Source: Candidatus Aldehydirespiratoraceae bacterium (GTDB lineage Bacteria; Actinomycetota; Acidimicrobiia; Acidimicrobiales; Aldehydirespiratoraceae). Taken from it: a stretch of DNA of 64,000 nt. Position numbers and translations under genes: made by a program. Positions 61,860 to 64,000 of the stretch are shown piece by piece. A model generated the notes under the pieces. That model had not been told where the DNA came from. It did no database searches and saw only the letters and a list, made by a program, of their open reading frames with translations. The stretch is from the NCBI GenBank assembly GCA_965205465.1, contig OZ242187.1, positions 2,902,244 through 2,966,243 on the forward strand. Direction: 5' to 3'. Position 1 is the first letter of the stretch. Every line of letters starts with the position of its first letter.

Positions 61860-62365
61860 TCAATACTAAGACAATCAGCAACCAGCATGCACGGTGTGGT
61901 TGCATCATGATCCGCGTGACAGGACCTTCATCGTCTCCAACCGCCGTGGAGCACTCGGACTGTAGCCTACAAGTAAACGGATTACTTCTAGCCATAGACT
62001 GCAATGTGTGTAAAGCTTTTCACGAAAGACGGAAACGGCCCGATCTCTTGGTCCTTCGAGAAGTGAATCACAAGGCACAGTGGCTCGTGATCGAGATTAA
62101 GTCGACTGCGAGAATGAAAGCGATCCAGCAATTGAACGCCGGTTTGAATTCCCTTGCGAATAGCTCTCTATTTTTGGAATTTGCGCACGACCGACCGCGC
62201 GCTGTTCTAGCTACCAAACGACAGCGGACCGCTGATTTAGGATGGCTGCGCAAACCATTGGACACGGCATGGGGCGCTGTCTTCGTGCAACCGGTTAAGT
62301 GGCGCTTCGCGTTTCAGGTCGGAGTGAGGGTGTCGAGCAGCGTCCAGTTGGGTTTGCCTGCGTAG
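61856..62365 (+). CDS. Small PD-(D/E)xK-motif protein, 3' end replaced by an ISL3 insertion
   Basis: GTGA overlap with the ATPase stop. Core reads RPDLLVLREVNHKAQWLVIEIKSTARMKAIQQL (PD...ExK...Q). From 62301 the ORF reads into the IS. The native end (..VQPVKCGDAEAI*) resumes at 63723-63745. Confidence 0.65.
   Translation: MINTKTISNQHARCGCIMIRVTGPSSSPTAVEHSDCSLQVNGLLLAIDCNVCKAFHERRKRPDLLVLREVNHKAQWLVIEIKSTARMKAIQQLNAGLNSLANSSLFLEFAHDRPRAVLATKRQRTADLGWLRKPLDTAWGAVFVQPVKWRFAFQVGVRVSSSVQLGLPA
62293..62300. repeat. ISL3 target-site duplication, left copy (GGTTAAGT)
   Basis: An identical 8-mer occurs at 63715-63722, immediately outside the inverted repeats. Confidence 0.85.
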
Positions 62366-63714
62366 AGCAGGACTCGGATGCGGTAGTTGTTGAAGTTGGT
62401 GAACCCGAACGCGGCGCGTTTGACGCGTTTGGCGAGGTTGTTGGCGGCCTCGGTGGCTGCGTTGGTTACTCGCGCCGCGTGCCAGTTCGAGATCTGTGTG
62501 CGCCAGCGCCACAGGGTGCGTCCGAGGCGGTTGATCTCTGGTGCCAGGCTGAGGTCTTGGAAATCGACTGCGAGTTGTTTGACGGTATCGGCGCCGAGTT
62601 CGGGATCGTCGATGTCATAGATGCGTCGCAGGGTCTCTTTGGCGTGCCAGGCCAGACGGACCTCGCCTTTGGGGTCGCCTGCATCTAGCAGTCCCCGCAG
62701 CCGGATCCGGCCGTTGTCGGTGATGCGCTCAGAGGCCGACACCAACAGCTTGCGTGCCCGGTACAGCGGGTCGTGTTTGAGGCCGCGATGCCCGAGCGTC
62801 TGGTTCTGGACCCGGCGGCGGACCTCGTCAAGGGCGTCGTTGCCCAACCGCACGACGTGGAACGGGTCCGCGACCTGCTTCGCGGCGGGCAACGCGGCAT
62901 CGAACGCGGCCCGATACGGCCCTGAGAGGTCAAGCACCGCCCAACCGATGGCGCAACGCCATGCGCGGGGCCGCTCAAGCAGCCACTTCGTGGGCGCTTT
63001 GGCCGTCCGGCCTCGGACTACGTCCAACAACTGGCCCCGCCCAACATCGACGATGCTAGTCGCCCAGGCCTTGGTCCGGAACCGTCCCCGCCGCCACATC
63101 AGGTGTTCGTCGAGGCCCAGCGCCCGCGTGTCGCCGATCCTGGCGGTGTCGGCGGCCAGCAGCGCCTCGCCCCAGCGGCTCACCGACATGTTCACCGGAT
63201 GCCAACTGCATCCCAGCTCCGAAGCGACCTCTTTGAGCGGGCGGCCACGGCCCGCCTGGCGCGTCGCCCAGCGGCCCGCCCGTGTCGTCAGCCGCTCCCG
63301 AGGCGGCGCGATAGCGGAGTCCTGTTCGGTGACGGTGCCAGACAGGCATCCTCGCTGCCCGCAACGCCACCGGCGCTTGTGCCACACCAGCCGCGCCGCC
63401 CGCCCGAACGCCGGGAGGTCCACCAACTCCACCGGCCGCTCCCCGTCAGACCACAACCGCCCGCCACAGCCCACACAATCCGGTCTCGGTGCCCGCCGGC
63501 GGACATGAACCCGCAGCGGCCCGCCCGCTTCGTCCTCAACGCCGAGCACCTCAACGTCGCCCAGTCCCACCAACAGCTCACAAACACGCGTAGGGTCAAC
63601 TTCCACAGGGATCCTCCAGATTCTCGGTTGCCTATCAGCACCGATTCTGGGGGATCCCTCGCGTTCAACCGCGGACCCTCACCCCGCTGACTCCGACCTC
63701 AAACGCGGAGAGCC
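62301..63714 (-). mobile_element. Intact ISL3-family insertion sequence (1414 bp)
   Basis: Inverted repeats are GGCGCTTCGCGTTTCAGGTCGGAGT and GGCTCTCCGCGTTTGAGGTCGGAGT (reverse complement of the right end). Flanked by an 8-bp duplication. Carries one full-length transposase ORF. Confidence 0.9.
62314..63606 (-). CDS. ISL3-family transposase
   Basis: 430 aa. N-terminal zf-ISL3 (RPDCVGCGGRLWSDGERPVELVDLP..ARLVWHKRRWRC). DDE region ..LGLDEH...VLDLSGPYRAAF...ADPFHVV... Confidence 0.9.
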   Translation of the reverse strand: MEVDPTRVCELLVGLGDVEVLGVEDEAGGPLRVHVRRRAPRPDCVGCGGRLWSDGERPVELVDLPAFGRAARLVWHKRRWRCGQRGCLSGTVTEQDSAIAPPRERLTTRAGRWATRQAGRGRPLKEVASELGCSWHPVNMSVSRWGEALLAADTARIGDTRALGLDEHLMWRRGRFRTKAWATSIVDVGRGQLLDVVRGRTAKAPTKWLLERPRAWRCAIGWAVLDLSGPYRAAFDAALPAAKQVADPFHVVRLGNDALDEVRRRVQNQTLGHRGLKHDPLYRARKLLVSASERITDNGRIRLRGLLDAGDPKGEVRLAWHAKETLRRIYDIDDPELGADTVKQLAVDFQDLSLAPEINRLGRTLWRWRTQISNWHAARVTNAATEAANNLAKRVKRAAFGFTNFNNYRIRVLLYAGKPNWTLLDTLTPT

Positions 63715-63722
63715 GGTTAAGT
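63715..63722. repeat. ISL3 target-site duplication, right copy (GGTTAAGT)
   Basis: See 62293-62300. Confidence 0.85.
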
Positions 63723-63849
63723 GCGGTGATGCGGAGGCGATTTGACCGGACTCCAACGGTGGCCCGCATTGTCGTGTGTTGCCTCGCTGGGCTAGGTTCT
63801 CAAGGTCGGTTGTCCGTGGCTACAAGAGTTGAGTATTCATGTGGCAAAC

Positions 63850-64000
63850 CTACGCTAACGAGACTCCTCCGGTCACGGCTGCGGTGATCAGCGACGCCCG
63901 GTACTCTTCTAGGAGCTTGATCGCATTTTCCGTGCGTGAGGACAGCGCGTCGATACGGGTTGTTTCGGTATCGAGATAATCAGCGATCGCCCGTTGCTCG
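63850..64000 (-). CDS. hsdS: Type I R-M specificity subunit HsdS, C-terminal end (5' part beyond the window)
   Basis: Not in the ORF track. The reverse frame reads EQRAIADYLDTETTRIDALSSRTENAIKLLEEYRASLITAAVTGGVSLA*. This is the conserved HsdS C-terminal coiled-coil/central conserved motif. Stop at 63852-63850. Confidence 0.75.
   Translation of the reverse strand, partial: EQRAIADYLDTETTRIDALSSRTENAIKLLEEYRASLITAAVTGGVSLA

Overview
High-G+C, actinobacterial-type chromosomal window read by eye; no searches were run. Start codons are best guesses, and all family names come from motif recognition rather than database hits.

Most of 1-39.6 kb is ordinary core genome: mnmA, ligA, a PASTA Ser/Thr kinase, gatCAB, ilvBNC, an ABC-2 exporter, cofC, gpsA, rnhB, a vapBC pair and murT/gatD.

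Three accessory patches stand out.

(i) 16.9-22.8 kb is a decay zone. It holds an internally deleted acyltransferase, an internally deleted ISL3 copy, an IS110 transposase with at least 3 frameshifts, and a multiply frameshifted conserved gene.

(ii) 39.8-49.6 kb is a lipid-type cluster. It has a Rieske oxygenase, an FAD oxidoreductase and an MMPL exporter. It also holds a scar where an MMPL N-terminal fragment abuts a 5'-truncated UvrD-like helicase. A visibly lower-G+C gene there encodes a GPP34(GOLPH3-like)-cytochrome P450 fusion.

(iii) 50.4-64.0 kb is a type I restriction-modification locus. Its hsdR (with an extra AlbA_2/Schlafen-like C-terminal domain) and hsdS (C-terminal end only, at the window edge) are separated by about 10 kb of nested cargo:
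- a DUF488 protein
- a promoter-to-terminator structured-RNA candidate
- an orphan AAA+ ATPase cassette bracketed by about 90-bp direct repeats
- a 3-TM protein
- a RelE/Phd toxin-antitoxin pair
- a GIY-YIG-like nuclease sitting behind a duplicated copy of the AAA+ gene's 5' end
- a TIGR02391 protein
- an overlapping gene pair encoding an ABC-type (SMC/RecF-like) ATPase and a small PD-(D/E)xK protein
- an intact ISL3 element with an 8-bp target duplication that clips the 3' end of that small gene

The ATPase + PD-(D/E)xK pair and the AAA+ cassette are my best candidates for undescribed defence systems.

Two real genes at the window edges (1-1891 and 63850-64000, both minus strand) are missing from the supplied ORF track because they lack an in-window stop or start.
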